This document shows positions 17,245-28,565 of a stretch of 59,619 nt of DNA, one piece after another. Every line of letters starts with the position of its first letter. The first letter of the stretch is position 1. The notes beneath the pieces are model-generated. The model had not been told where the DNA came from. It saw nothing but the letters and a program-made list of their open reading frames with translations, and did not search any database. Source of the DNA: a virus (lineage: Duplodnaviria > Caudoviricetes); IMG/VR virus record IMGVR_UViG_3300046170_000404, positions 1 to 59,619 of that record; one strand, written 5' to 3'. A program made the position numbers and the translations under genes.

Positions 17245-18060
17245 TTAAAATGGAGTTGCTTCTTTAGGTGCGTTTCCTTGTGATTGATTCTCTTGGGAGA
17301 AGTCAACCTTACCAAAGATATCACTCTTCATTGCACTCTTATAAAACCCTTGAGTAGCCTCTAATATTTTTAAATGATCAGTTGCGTTCAAGAATGAATT
17401 AAATTCTATAACCCAACCATACCATGAGTTCTTAGAATTAGATTCTTTAGTCGTACTCAATTTATAAGTCGTAGACCAAGACGCAGGATTATACATCCCG
17501 TTCTTACCCTGCGTTCTTCTAGATTGAATCATAGAGTTCCAAGTTTTGGATTTCTTTTTTTGAGTTGACTTTAAAGGTATTAAGGCTTGTTCAATTGGAT
17601 TTAAATCTTTATCCAATATGTAAACAAAATGATTACCCGTATCCTCGATATAATTACCATTAGGCAATCTATCCTTATTATCTGCAGACCTAGTAGTCTC
17701 AGACATAATTGCAGGATCCGTGTGTATTGCTACAGGTCTTCCTAAACCTTCACCTTTGTCCTTCCACTCATTAAATGTGTTTATGTAAAGACATGGTGCT
17801 ACTATCAAACCTTCTTTACCTTTCCACACAGTACCAGATGTTTCACTCCATATATCGCCCTGTCTTGCAGATTCGACAAATTTACCATCTGTCTCATCTA
17901 ACACAGGAGAGTTAGCATAAAGTATTTTTAACATTGGAAGTTTTTGATCTCGAGCTGTTGTAAACTCTTGACCTTGTCCCGCCATACTCTCTAAATCAAA
18001 TTGAGCTGGTAGGTTTTCTTTTTTTGTTGCTATCGCTTTTTCTTGTTGCTTTTCTATCAT
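17245..18060 (-). CDS. Putative single-stranded DNA-binding protein
   Basis: Position in the replication operon; C-terminus ending in PF. Confidence 0.6.
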   Translation of the reverse strand: MIEKQQEKAIATKKENLPAQFDLESMAGQGQEFTTARDQKLPMLKILYANSPVLDETDGKFVESARQGDIWSETSGTVWKGKEGLIVAPCLYINTFNEWKDKGEGLGRPVAIHTDPAIMSETTRSADNKDRLPNGNYIEDTGNHFVYILDKDLNPIEQALIPLKSTQKKKSKTWNSMIQSRRTQGKNGMYNPASWSTTYKLSTTKESNSKNSWYGWVIEFNSFLNATDHLKILEATQGFYKSAMKSDIFGKVDFSQENQSQGNAPKEATPF

Positions 18061-18062
18061 GG

Positions 18063-18608
18063 TTACTCCTTCGTGGTTATTTTAGTTTTATTTGCAACGT
18101 AAGTTCCAAACAATTCTGCAGGAACATCTTTACCTAAATCTGCGATCTGTTCTTTTACGAACGATCTTAGACTACTAGGATGTACTGATGTTTTCTGTTG
18201 AACTGCTAGACCTTTATTCTTCAACTCTTCTACAAGTGCTTTGGCTTCATTGTCTTGCTTCATTTTAAACTCCAAAGATACTTGGTTTTTAATCAAGTCT
18301 CCATGACCGTTTGCACGTAGCCAATCAAAAGCTTCTTCACTTCTAGATGCTGGTATTCTTGCAGAGTAGAATGGTTTAACCTCTACGGATATTCCACCTT
18401 CGAGTTTAATTAACTCTACACCTGCTTGTTGCATTAAGTTTGGAATTGTTTGCTCAGAAAGATTAGTCTCAACTTCTTTTAACTTCTTTAGTTCTTCTTC
18501 AGCCGTTGCTATTTTTTTCTGAGTTTCCAATAACTTTTTGCAAGAGTCGGTAATGTCAGTCGACATCGCCATATCTATATTTACTATAGATTCTGCTTCT
18601 AAGTCCAT
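18063..18608 (-). CDS. Conserved phage replication-region protein
   Basis: AFDWLR.NGHGDLIK...VHPSSL pattern. Confidence 0.75.
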   Translation of the reverse strand: MDLEAESIVNIDMAMSTDITDSCKKLLETQKKIATAEEELKKLKEVETNLSEQTIPNLMQQAGVELIKLEGGISVEVKPFYSARIPASRSEEAFDWLRANGHGDLIKNQVSLEFKMKQDNEAKALVEELKNKGLAVQQKTSVHPSSLRSFVKEQIADLGKDVPAELFGTYVANKTKITTKE

Positions 18609-18680
18609 AAGAACCTCCTTGGTCGAATCAATATATTATTTGTTTGATCTTTGCAAATAAATAATTTAAATAATTTTACA

Positions 18681-20087
18681 ATGTATAAATACAAAACAGA
18701 ACCCTTCAAGCATCAAAGAAGATCGCTTGTAGAAGGGGCTAAACCTTACAACTTTGCATACTTCATGGAGATGGGAACTGGTAAGACAAAAGTTGCTATA
18801 GATAATGCAGCTTACTTGTTTCAAGATAAAAGAATTGATTTTGCATTTGTAATTGCACCAAACTCTGTATACCAAAATTGGAAAAAAGAAATTAATATAC
18901 ATTGTCCAGAAGATACTAATATTTATATTTGGAAAGTATCAAAGGATAAAACATTTAGAATGGATCCAGATAAACTTACATTTGTACTTATGAATGTTGA
19001 AGCGTTATCCCATGCTTCAGGTAAGAAGTGGTTAGAATCTAAATTACAAAAACATGGTATGAGAAGTATGATTATATTAGATGAAAGTACTTCAATTAAA
19101 AATTTAAGAGCATCAAGAACTAAGACTATAATTAAATTAGGTCAACTTGCTAGATACAAAAGAATTCTTACAGGTTCTCCTATAACTAAGTCTCCATTAG
19201 ATTTATTTTCACAATGTGCATTCTTAGATAAGAAGTTATTGGGGTATGATAATTATACAGTATTTAAAGCTAAGTATGCAGTTATGTTTAGTATAGAACG
19301 GGGTGGATACAATATACAAATACCAAAGTATTATGTAAATCTTGAAGAGTTAGAATATAAATTAAAAAACTTTTCATATAGGGTAAGAAAAAAAGATTGT
19401 TTAGATTTACCTGAGAAGATGTATGTACAAAGATATGTAGATCTACCAGATGAACAAAGAAAAGCTTATGAACAATTAAAAGAATCTGCATTAATGATCT
19501 TGAGAGATGCAGAGGTATCTTACAATAATAAACTTACTGAACTACTTAAATTACAACAAGTTGCTAATGGCTTTGTCAAAACAAATGAAGGAGACATTGT
19601 AGATTTTAAAACTAATGCCAAGCTTAATGAGTTAATGAATATAATAGGAGAGACAGAAGACAAGTGTATTATCTGGGCTAACTATGTTCATAATATTGAA
19701 AGCATCAAAAAGAAATTAGCAGAGACTTATGGTGTAGATTCAGTTGTATCTATCTATGGTAAAGACTCAGTAGATGTTCGTAATCAAGCAGTAGAAAAAT
19801 TTCAAAACAATGATGAGTGTAGATTCTTAGTTGGTAATCCAACAGTAGGTGGTTATGGTTTAACATTAACTGCTGCTAAATATGTTATCTATTTTAGTAA
19901 TTCATACAATCTAGAAGTCAGACAACAAAGTGAAGACAGGGCTCATAGAATAGGACAGAAGTCCCAAGTAACTTATATTGATATAATTTGTAGAGATACT
20001 ATTGATCAAATGGTATTACACAATCTTGAAAACAAAATTGAATTATCTGCTAAGACTCTTGGGGAACAGGTTCAGAAGTGGCTTTAG
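18681..20087 (+). CDS. SNF2-like SF2 helicase
   Basis: MEMGTGKT, LDES, LTGSP, GGYGLTL, QSEDRAHRIGQ. Confidence 0.92.
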   Translation: MYKYKTEPFKHQRRSLVEGAKPYNFAYFMEMGTGKTKVAIDNAAYLFQDKRIDFAFVIAPNSVYQNWKKEINIHCPEDTNIYIWKVSKDKTFRMDPDKLTFVLMNVEALSHASGKKWLESKLQKHGMRSMIILDESTSIKNLRASRTKTIIKLGQLARYKRILTGSPITKSPLDLFSQCAFLDKKLLGYDNYTVFKAKYAVMFSIERGGYNIQIPKYYVNLEELEYKLKNFSYRVRKKDCLDLPEKMYVQRYVDLPDEQRKAYEQLKESALMILRDAEVSYNNKLTELLKLQQVANGFVKTNEGDIVDFKTNAKLNELMNIIGETEDKCIIWANYVHNIESIKKKLAETYGVDSVVSIYGKDSVDVRNQAVEKFQNNDECRFLVGNPTVGGYGLTLTAAKYVIYFSNSYNLEVRQQSEDRAHRIGQKSQVTYIDIICRDTIDQMVLHNLENKIELSAKTLGEQVQKWL

Positions 20088-20790
20088 TCTTATGGTAGTT
20101 ATCAACTCTCTCTAACCATTTCTCTTCATACTCTTTTAATTTTTCTTGATCCATTTTAAACTCTTGGTAAATTTTATCTTTAGTACAGACACAAATAAGT
20201 CCTTGTGTTATAGGACCATATTGTTTCTTATGTGCTAATGAGTATGCACTAATTTGATAATAATAATCCTCAACATACTCTTCTCTTTTTAATTTGTTTG
20301 ATTGCTTGAAGTCAATGATCGTAGGTTGATCATCATATAAACCAACTACATCTGTTGCACCTGCCCATCTATCTTCATATGCAAGACTAACTTCATTACC
20401 CCATACTTCTTTTAACTTTCCTAAGTTATCTACAATTTCGTGAGCCATGAGTCGTGGTAATGCACCCTCCGGTGACAGGTTAATATATCCTCTACCGTCA
20501 ATATAATTCTCTAATACATAATGCATCTCAGTTCCTCGAGTTGCAGCTTGATTAGTTATACGTTGCGCTTCTTGATAACCAACTCTTTCTCTCCATCTAT
20601 CCAAACCTGCTTTCTTATCTTCTGATTGTGTAGCTGATAATATAGTTGTAACTGATGGTATCTTTATGTCTCCAACATTATAGTGCCGTGAGCCGAGGTC
20701 ATTGTCTCGAGTATACTTAGCATACTCATATTTTTTTTCGAGTTTTAAGTCGGTAATATAAAATGAATTATTTTCTCTAACAAGACGCAC
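20050..20790 (-). CDS. PD-(D/E)xK exonuclease
   Basis: PSVTTIL, RGT.MH, AGATD, IIDFKQS, YYQ..AY. Confidence 0.85.
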   Translation of the reverse strand: MRLVRENNSFYITDLKLEKKYEYAKYTRDNDLGSRHYNVGDIKIPSVTTILSATQSEDKKAGLDRWRERVGYQEAQRITNQAATRGTEMHYVLENYIDGRGYINLSPEGALPRLMAHEIVDNLGKLKEVWGNEVSLAYEDRWAGATDVVGLYDDQPTIIDFKQSNKLKREEYVEDYYYQISAYSLAHKKQYGPITQGLICVCTKDKIYQEFKMDQEKLKEYEEKWLERVDNYHKTKATSEPVPQES

Positions 20791-20798
20791 AAGGTCTT

Positions 20799-21014
20799 TT
20801 AGTTTATTTTAAATACAAGGGCAACTATTATTCCTATCATTGATGTCATTAAAAATGCAGTTGAAGATATTAGAATCTTTTCAATTCTATGAATATCTGT
20901 GTGTAATTCTTTTATTTGTTTATTAGTATTTTCTTGCATAATTCTGCATAACTTCTCATGGTCATCCATTCTTTGATGAGCGAGTATATCTTTATTAGAA
21001 GCTTTTCTTGGCAC
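20799..21014 (-). CDS. Small protein with coiled coil and C-terminal TM
   Basis: HE..C..coiled coil followed by a hydrophobic tail. Confidence 0.6.
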   Translation of the reverse strand: MPRKASNKDILAHQRMDDHEKLCRIMQENTNKQIKELHTDIHRIEKILISSTAFLMTSMIGIIVALVFKIN

Positions 21015-23607
21015 TGACTATCCCTCCCTTACTAAAAAGGTTTAAAGCCTGTGCTAGTTCTGTGTTTGATTGTCCACCCATAGGTAAATTAGATGGTGTT
21101 ACATTTGGTAAAGGTATATCAGATCCAGATCTAACTATTGATCCTGCTCTTTGTCCTGTACCTTGTTGTTGTACTCCAGATTGTAAGTATGGATCTATTT
21201 CAATCGCAGGTGCATTCTCTGGATCAAATTCTCTTTTGGCAGGAGCACCTGGCATAACACCCGTTTTAAAATATTGTTCATAAGCTTCTTTGTTTCCTTC
21301 AACTTTGTTCATAGCTGCTTTTGCTTCTACAGGACCAATTATACCTTCTGAAACTAATGCACTACTTAATTGGCCAACATATCTTGTTAAACCTTGATAG
21401 CTATCAATTCCTTTACTACCTTTACCTAAACCTTCAATTAATGCTCTAGTAGTTGCAGGTCTAGACATTGCATAAGCTAAACCAGCAGGACCTAATACAA
21501 AAAATGTTGCAGCACCTGGATCGATTGTACCTGTACCAAAACCAACTACACCAACTATTTGTGATAATGCACCAGCTTGTTTCATCTGTACAAGCATGTC
21601 TCCACTTGTTCCTGCTGCACCCGGTGGTTTTATTTTACCTTCAATTAATTGTAATCTTCTTGTGTAATCTTTGATACCTTTAATTTGTGACTTTGTTAAA
21701 AAACCAACATCGTCTTTAAGTAACCAATCATAATCTTTTAAAAATTTTTCTGCACCTGTTTTATTTAATTTGAAGTATTGACCAGATTTATCAACACTGT
21801 TTCTTAAAAAATCTTTAAAGAATTGTCCTTGTAATGCTCCTTGAATAGCTTCCCTTTGTGGAAATAAATCGTATTTTTTTCCGCCTGCTTCTATTTTCCC
21901 GTCTCTTAGACTTTTTTGAAAAGCTCTAAAGTAAGTTGGCTTACCTGCACCAATAATATTTTTGTATAATCTTTCTTGTCCAAAATCAGTCTTTAATAAA
22001 TCCCCGACAACTTTACCTTCAAATGCCTTACCTCCTAAGTTTGTAAAATCTGCAGCAGTTCTTCTTGCTTTGTTTAGTGCAGCAGGTAAAGGAGAACTAG
22101 CTAACATAGCTTCCATTCTTTTTGTTAATTCAGCTTGAACTGCTTTTGCAGGACCAACTGGTCTCATACTTGATATTTCACCATAACCTCTAACAAAAGA
22201 ATTATAATCTGTTTCACTACCCATTCTATTTAGAATACCTAACATTTTATTAACATCTTCATTATTTGGAACTATGTTTTCTTTTGTAGCTTTTTGTATA
22301 TAACTACTTAAATTATCTACTGATTCACTTATACCTTTATAAGTATTATTTACATTTATTTTTGCAGAAACTTCTGGTCCTCTAATTTTAACATTAAAAG
22401 CAGGGTTATATGAACCATCCGCTCTAATTGTAGTTTTAGCTACACCGTCATACAAATCATCCCATAGCTTATCTTTTGTAGTTTTATAAATTTGTTGACC
22501 ACCTCTTATTTGTGAATTTAAAAAAGCAGTTACACCATCTGCAGCAGTATCATAGTCTATCTTTGGTAAGTCTTTTGTTAATACTTTTGTAAAATTATCA
22601 ATAGATTCAATTGTCATTAATCTACTTAAACCTTCTGTTTGTCTAATAAAAGCACCACCACCAATAGAGGCAGCAGACAGTGAACTAGCTAACTCAACAC
22701 CAGATTGTTCTGTAACTTTACCTGCAATAATATTAGCATCTTCAAATTTATATTTACCTCTTTTTACATTAAAGAAATCTGGGTTACCTTTTTGTGCACT
22801 TAAAAATGCATCATCAATTAATTCTGAACTTTCTAAAATAGATCTTTGTTCTGGTGTTATAAAAACTTTTTGTGATTCATCTGATAATTTATCTAATACT
22901 TCTTTACTTGGAAGTTTTCCTGTTTCTTTAAACTTAGCAACTTCCTTATAAAATAATTTATCTCCATCTAAACCTCTGATAACATCTTGAGCACCGTCAA
23001 TTGTTTTTAAAGAAAATCCTGTAACTTTATTATAAACTTTAGCTAAACCTCCAGCCATACCAAAACCAAGTAGTTCACCAAAAGCACCTTGAGCTGTACC
23101 TCTTGCAACTTCTTTTACAATATCTTCTTTAGGATCAAAAGTTTGGGCAATAGCAGCACCAGAACCACCCCCGACTGAAGCAGCCACTACACCTGAACCC
23201 ATCTTAGCTACTTGTCTTGCAGAAACATTTAAAAGAGGTCTTGCTATTCTCGCTATCCTTGCTGCCATAGCAGCAGTTCCAATTAATGAACTTCCTCCTG
23301 TAAAAGGAGCTGCAGCGAAACCAGCTATACCACCAGCTATAGATAAACCTACCTCTGTTACAATTCTTTTAAATGATGGAGATGATAAAAATGATTCAGT
23401 ATCTTTATTGTACTTGCCTCTTTCTCCTTCACTTAAAACTTCTTCAGGTGTTATAAATACTCTACCTTCATCTATGTCTTCAATTCCTGTTTTTTCATCA
23501 TCAAGATTTCTTGCTTTTAAAAATGAATCAATAGCTACTTGTTCTTGAGCTGTAGGTTGATCTCCCTTAATTTCAAAAGTCTGTCCACCTTGTACTATCT
23601 CTGCCAT
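20995..23607 (-). CDS. Large internal virion / ejection protein
   Basis: 870 aa with Ala/Gly-rich hydrophobic segments; last gene of the structural operon. Confidence 0.6.
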   Translation of the reverse strand: MAEIVQGGQTFEIKGDQPTAQEQVAIDSFLKARNLDDEKTGIEDIDEGRVFITPEEVLSEGERGKYNKDTESFLSSPSFKRIVTEVGLSIAGGIAGFAAAPFTGGSSLIGTAAMAARIARIARPLLNVSARQVAKMGSGVVAASVGGGSGAAIAQTFDPKEDIVKEVARGTAQGAFGELLGFGMAGGLAKVYNKVTGFSLKTIDGAQDVIRGLDGDKLFYKEVAKFKETGKLPSKEVLDKLSDESQKVFITPEQRSILESSELIDDAFLSAQKGNPDFFNVKRGKYKFEDANIIAGKVTEQSGVELASSLSAASIGGGAFIRQTEGLSRLMTIESIDNFTKVLTKDLPKIDYDTAADGVTAFLNSQIRGGQQIYKTTKDKLWDDLYDGVAKTTIRADGSYNPAFNVKIRGPEVSAKINVNNTYKGISESVDNLSSYIQKATKENIVPNNEDVNKMLGILNRMGSETDYNSFVRGYGEISSMRPVGPAKAVQAELTKRMEAMLASSPLPAALNKARRTAADFTNLGGKAFEGKVVGDLLKTDFGQERLYKNIIGAGKPTYFRAFQKSLRDGKIEAGGKKYDLFPQREAIQGALQGQFFKDFLRNSVDKSGQYFKLNKTGAEKFLKDYDWLLKDDVGFLTKSQIKGIKDYTRRLQLIEGKIKPPGAAGTSGDMLVQMKQAGALSQIVGVVGFGTGTIDPGAATFFVLGPAGLAYAMSRPATTRALIEGLGKGSKGIDSYQGLTRYVGQLSSALVSEGIIGPVEAKAAMNKVEGNKEAYEQYFKTGVMPGAPAKREFDPENAPAIEIDPYLQSGVQQQGTGQRAGSIVRSGSDIPLPNVTPSNLPMGGQSNTELAQALNLFSKGGIVSAKKSF

Positions 23608-23615
23608 ATAAATCC

Positions 23616-24477
23616 TTAATTTGGTGTAACATCGTATTTGTTACCATCGTATTGTTTAATACTAACACCTTCACTTAAATCTACATAGTTAGAGGCACCT
23701 CTTCCAGAAGCCTCCATAATCTCAAGTGCAGTTGTAAAGTCTGCATTATTATCTTCTGCAATTGCAATAGCATCTGCAAAGTAACTATCTAATGCTTGTA
23801 GCTTTGCCTCAAACGTAGCTTCAGTGTCCCCTACTTGTGGGATAAGTTTTGTAATTCTTTCTGCTTCTTGCTCTGATACTGCAGCACCAGAGATCGCTTG
23901 TGTTACGAATGATGTTGCTTGTTGTATTCTACTTTTAAAAGCACCATAGTCTTTTGAAAATTGTGACCCCCCTACTTTACCAAGTGATGCTCTAATTCTT
24001 GATAGATCCCCAAACCCTACTGGCTTACCTAATTTATAATAGTCATCACCAATTCTAGATAAAATAGTTCTTACTCTTTTACTAACCTCTCAGTTCCTTC
24101 ATCTGTTCTGCAGAAGGCTTAGATACAACTGTAATTTTACCATCACCGTCTATTTGAGCCACAGTGCCAGTTGGTAGTTTATAGTTTTTTAATTCTGATT
24201 CAGTTAAAGTTCTAAGCCCTTTACCAGAACCCTTTGCTTTTTCTACAGATAGAATAGTTGCAGGTAATTTAGCAACACCTTCTCCTAATGCTGATAGTGC
24301 AGGAGAAAGTCCTTTACCTTTTGCTTGAAGTAATGGTGCAGCCAAAGTTGCGGCATAGATAGCTTTTTCTTTAGGAGTTAATGCAGATATACCTCCAGTT
24401 TGAAAATGTTTTATAGTTGGTTTCAATGACTTGAAGTATCTATCTTTAAACATTTTTCTTGTTAATACTTTATCCAT
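23616..24477 (-). CDS. Internal virion protein, frameshift near 24085
   Basis: ORF 24082-24477 continues as KRVRTILSRIG...SGAAVSEQEAER...DVTPN* to 23616. Confidence 0.65.
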
Positions 24478-24479
24478 AC

Positions 24480-25343
24480 TTACCTCGGTTGCATCATGTT
24501 ATAAGCAGAATATCCTGCTAAACCAGTTCCCACTGCTTGTCCTAAAGGATTAGCTCCGGGAGCCGTGGTTGCTGTAAGTGTACTCTGTGTAGTAGGTAAA
24601 TTAGTCATGATACCTTTTAAGAACTCAACTCTTTGGTATGGCTCATATGCTCTTTGTAAAGCAGTAGCTCTTTGAGCATCTAATGCTGATTGACCAATAC
24701 CTCTTTGTAGTGCACCTGCTTGCATCTGTGCATTAATATCTGCTAATGACATCGCTTGTTGTTGTGCACCTAACTGACCTAAACCTTGACCTGCAGCCAA
24801 TTGAGTTGAAGTTTGTAAACCTTGTTGTTGTTGAGCTGCACCTAAAGCAGTTTGAAACCCTGCTGCTTGTGCTTGACCTATACTTGCTAGTCTTGCTCTT
24901 TCTATTTCTGCAGATTGAATACCTTGTCTACCACCACCAAAAGCACCTGCATTTACTGCTTGTGCCGCGGCTTGGTTTTGTGCCATTCCTGCTTGTCTAG
25001 AAATTTCATCAGTAACATAAGATTGATATGGATTTAAAAATTGATTTATATTTGGTCCTGCAGCAGCAGTTTGTTGTGCTCCTGTAAATGCACCAATACC
25101 TCCTGTAACTGAACCAGCACCTACTCCTGTTTGACCTGCTTGTGTAATACCTGCTTGCTCTAAAGGAGTTAAAGGTGCAACTTGAATACCTGGTAATGAT
25201 ACAGGTGACTTAGCTAAGTTTGCTGCTTCATCATATAAGGCTAGTTTTCTAGCCTCTACTCCTGGTGCTTCTCTTGCAATACTTGTTTGTGTCCCTGTAG
25301 AGGTTGTACCTCCTCCACCACCGCCACCGCCAAAAATACTCAT
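24480..25343 (-). CDS. Gln/Ala/Gly-rich DNA transfer (ejection) protein
   Basis: FLNPYQ..V, GAFGGGRQ pattern typical of podovirus pilot proteins. Confidence 0.65.
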   Translation of the reverse strand: MSIFGGGGGGGGTTSTGTQTSIAREAPGVEARKLALYDEAANLAKSPVSLPGIQVAPLTPLEQAGITQAGQTGVGAGSVTGGIGAFTGAQQTAAAGPNINQFLNPYQSYVTDEISRQAGMAQNQAAAQAVNAGAFGGGRQGIQSAEIERARLASIGQAQAAGFQTALGAAQQQQGLQTSTQLAAGQGLGQLGAQQQAMSLADINAQMQAGALQRGIGQSALDAQRATALQRAYEPYQRVEFLKGIMTNLPTTQSTLTATTAPGANPLGQAVGTGLAGYSAYNMMQPR

Positions 25344-25801
25344 TAGTTTAACTCCTTTTCAAATTCAACATGTCTAGACTTATAACCATATTTAGGCATA
25401 ACTTTTTTATAACCTGGTCTCATATAAGCTTTAATTTTTTTACAACCATTTACTTTAGCAAAAGTTTCTAAAGTATTAATTAATTTTTCTTCCCATAAAT
25501 TCATTTTCTTACCTGTACAAATTAAACCTTGTAATTCTTTAAAGTTAGGGTTGTTAAATATTCTAGTTGTAACAACACCGTAAACCTTATTTGACTCTTC
25601 TCCTTCTGAACCAAATACTAAAAACAATTGATTCTCTCCAGAGAGAAGTAATTCTTTAATATCATTAGGCTCCGCATAACCACCACTATAAACCAAAGCT
25701 TCCTTAATCATAAAATGAACTAAATCCCAAATATCCTCTACCTTAGAAGGAATGATTGGTAATACTTCAATTTCGTTTTTAATTATCTTTTGTGTTTGCA
25801 T
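25343..25801 (-). CDS. GNAT-like acetyltransferase in the virion module
   Basis: LE.FAK.NGC..I....RPG..K pattern. Confidence 0.6.
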   Translation of the reverse strand: MQTQKIIKNEIEVLPIIPSKVEDIWDLVHFMIKEALVYSGGYAEPNDIKELLLSGENQLFLVFGSEGEESNKVYGVVTTRIFNNPNFKELQGLICTGKKMNLWEEKLINTLETFAKVNGCKKIKAYMRPGYKKVMPKYGYKSRHVEFEKELN

Positions 25802-26717
25802 CGACTAAATCATAAATTCGTTTTAATTTTTTTTGTTGATCATAAAAGAAATTAGCGCCTGCTTTTCTCATACTCTTATAACTTTTAGGATCTCCACCTG
25901 ATAAAATACCTGCACCTAATACGGCATCAGCACGTGATACAAATTCTCCATCAGCCAATTGTGCAAGCATTGTATCTTCATCCTTGTCACCGTTACCTGC
26001 ACCATCTTCAACATAACCTTCGGCTCTTACATAATTGTTGTAATCGTTTTCATCATGATCTGTTTTAGACGGTAAATAATTTACTCCACCTTTATTAAAT
26101 TTTTTTACTGCACTTGCTAGACCACCTTCATTTGCATAAAACATATTTGATCCATAAGTTTCAGCTCTAGTCGGCATAGCGTTTGTTGCTGGTGTAAATG
26201 CACCTTGTAATTTATCAGATTGCTCTGCGTATGCTTTTGTATAATCTTCTTCAGTAAACGGTGGATCTACAACTTCCTCTTCTTCTAATAAAGGTAAAAC
26301 ACTTGAAGCTAATATTGCAGTTTGAAAAGGATTATCTTTTGCTTTTTTTAGTAAGTTAGCAGCTATACCTTTGTTTTCTGTTGCCTCCACTACATTTAAT
26401 CCAGATAACTCTCCACCTCTTGATATAATATCTCTACCTTTTTTATCTACACCTATAACTGTACCTTCAGGCATGTTTGCTTTATTTAAAAAACTTGTAC
26501 CTAAATTTCCTTTAGGCATAGGTGTTGCTGGCTGTGCTCCTCCTAATCCAATACTAGATAATGGAGCATTTTGAAATGATGCAGGACCAATGCCTGATGC
26601 TCCTAATGCATAAGAACCACCACCAATTAAGGCAGCATCTCTTAATGCTCGTTTTGTAGATTTTCCTCTAAGTTTTTGTACGCCAAATGTGGCTAACGCT
26701 AATGTAAATGGATCCAT
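25779..26717 (-). CDS. Probable internal virion protein
   Basis: G.G....D...AQLADGEFV..ADAV motif; two xxGG motifs. Confidence 0.6.
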   Translation of the reverse strand: MDPFTLALATFGVQKLRGKSTKRALRDAALIGGGSYALGASGIGPASFQNAPLSSIGLGGAQPATPMPKGNLGTSFLNKANMPEGTVIGVDKKGRDIISRGGELSGLNVVEATENKGIAANLLKKAKDNPFQTAILASSVLPLLEEEEVVDPPFTEEDYTKAYAEQSDKLQGAFTPATNAMPTRAETYGSNMFYANEGGLASAVKKFNKGGVNYLPSKTDHDENDYNNYVRAEGYVEDGAGNGDKDEDTMLAQLADGEFVSRADAVLGAGILSGGDPKSYKSMRKAGANFFYDQQKKLKRIYDLVDANTKDN

Positions 26718-26752
26718 AGTCTATTTTCCTAATAATAGCATATAATACCATT

Positions 26753-27628
26753 TTACTTAGCTGATATCAACTCATCGTAGAACTTGCCTTGATATTGATG
26801 TTCTCCAACATGAACAATAGCATCATTAACATAGGCATAACATTTACCACCAAGATCTCTCCAAAGTTTACAGAAAGCAAAATCTTCCCCGTTATATGTT
26901 TTTTCTTTGGGATCATGTAATGTGTCAAAAAAATTCCACATATTAGGTTTATTAACATACTCACCATTAATGACTGTTTTTTGAACAATTTCTTTGTCTG
27001 GATATTTTTCTATCATTTTTTCAATGACTTCTCTTTTTATTAACATACATCCAGTAGGAGAATCTGTTACCTCCATTATACCTTTATCTAATTTAATATC
27101 ATTAGGGTTAGGAACTTTCATAGGATAAGTATGTAAAGCCTTCCTTATATCATCTGGTGTTTTAATTCTTCCCTCTTGCATTTTCTTAAAGGCTTTATCC
27201 CACATCAAAGTTTTTAATGGGTAAGGTACAGATATAATATGTTTATCTGCTTTAAGCATAGTAAATATAGACTTACCTTGAAAATATATATCTGAATCAA
27301 TAAATAATAAATGAGTGGCTTTAGACTCAAGAAAGCCTGCAACTGATAAATTTCTACCTTGTGTAACTAAGGATGATTTGACTAGATGAAAAGATACTTT
27401 TAATTTTTTATAAAAACAATCTTTTTGAAATTCTATTAAGGCTTGTGTAAAGTGAATTGAAACATCACTGTGTACAGGTGTTGCAACAAAAACTTCAAAA
27501 TTTTTAAATTCGTCTTGTTGTTCCTTCCATAAAGGCTCTATGGCTTTTTCATAATCTGATTGTGTTTCTATACTTACCTCTTGTAAGGTTTGATATGTAT
27601 CTTCATTTATATATTTATTGTTTGACAC
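26753..27628 (-). CDS. GT-A fold glycosyltransferase-like protein
   Basis: VATP, SLVTQGRN, LFIDSD, TGCMLI.R, GEDFAFC..W, HVG. Confidence 0.8.
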   Translation of the reverse strand: MSNNKYINEDTYQTLQEVSIETQSDYEKAIEPLWKEQQDEFKNFEVFVATPVHSDVSIHFTQALIEFQKDCFYKKLKVSFHLVKSSLVTQGRNLSVAGFLESKATHLLFIDSDIYFQGKSIFTMLKADKHIISVPYPLKTLMWDKAFKKMQEGRIKTPDDIRKALHTYPMKVPNPNDIKLDKGIMEVTDSPTGCMLIKREVIEKMIEKYPDKEIVQKTVINGEYVNKPNMWNFFDTLHDPKEKTYNGEDFAFCKLWRDLGGKCYAYVNDAIVHVGEHQYQGKFYDELISAK

Positions 27629-28544
27629 GTAAGGCTCCTTTCAAAAAGTTTGTCCATTCAATACCCTTTTTTTCCCAGCTATAAAATTTTTTATAGTATT
27701 TTTGTTGTTCATCTAAATGGTTTTGTATTGTATCTGTGTGAAGATAATCTGCACAGACATCAATTGCCCCTGCAATACTACTAGCTAAAAGTTCTAAATT
27801 TTTAGTGTAAGATACATATACCGGCCACTCTGCACAAGTTTCTGGTAGTGCTCCAAAGTTTGTTGTTATTACATGAACTCCTGCAGCTAAAGCTTCTAAT
27901 GCTGATGCACAAAATGTTTCTTCAAAAATGGATGGATACACAAAAAGATTATAATCAGACATATGCTCTAAAATATATTCATGAGGCTTGTACCCAATAT
28001 AGTTCACGTTAGGTAATTTACTTGCTTGTTCAAATAATGCTTTTGTATCTTGGTTTGCTTTTTCAGCAAATTCACTTCCATATATTTCATTTGAACTATA
28101 CACATCTAAAGTAACATTTGGGTTTTTTATTAATTGCATTGCTAGCAACAAAACATTTAAACCTCTCCAAGGAGTACAATGATGTAAGATTCTTATTGAA
28201 TCTCCTTTTTTATATATTTTTCTTTTTGGAAAATGACTTGCTCCATTTTTAATAACTATTGATCTGTCCTCTGGTATTTGGAAAAAATACCTAAACTTTT
28301 CAAAAGTCCAATGTGAATTAAAAACATACCAATCATATTCACGATGTCTATCTTTGTTTCTAAAAAAACTTTGTAAGTTAGGTTGATCCCAAGAATTTTT
28401 TTGCCAAAGTATATTTATTTTATTTGGATCTAGTGGAACTTTACCTGGTATTGATGTACAAATTTGAAATTTACTTAACAAATCTTTAGAAACATATTTT
28501 TCTAAAAATTCATGTTGTATTTCTGTAGCGCCTCTAGGTTGCAT
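27615..28544 (-). CDS. Glycosyltransferase (GT-B, GT4-like)
   Basis: P.RGL..L, YPS.FEET.C...LEA.AAG motif. Confidence 0.85.
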   Translation of the reverse strand: MQPRGATEIQHEFLEKYVSKDLLSKFQICTSIPGKVPLDPNKINILWQKNSWDQPNLQSFFRNKDRHREYDWYVFNSHWTFEKFRYFFQIPEDRSIVIKNGASHFPKRKIYKKGDSIRILHHCTPWRGLNVLLLAMQLIKNPNVTLDVYSSNEIYGSEFAEKANQDTKALFEQASKLPNVNYIGYKPHEYILEHMSDYNLFVYPSIFEETFCASALEALAAGVHVITTNFGALPETCAEWPVYVSYTKNLELLASSIAGAIDVCADYLHTDTIQNHLDEQQKYYKKFYSWEKKGIEWTNFLKGALRVKQ

Positions 28545-28565
28545 TTAAGTCTTATATTTCATAAT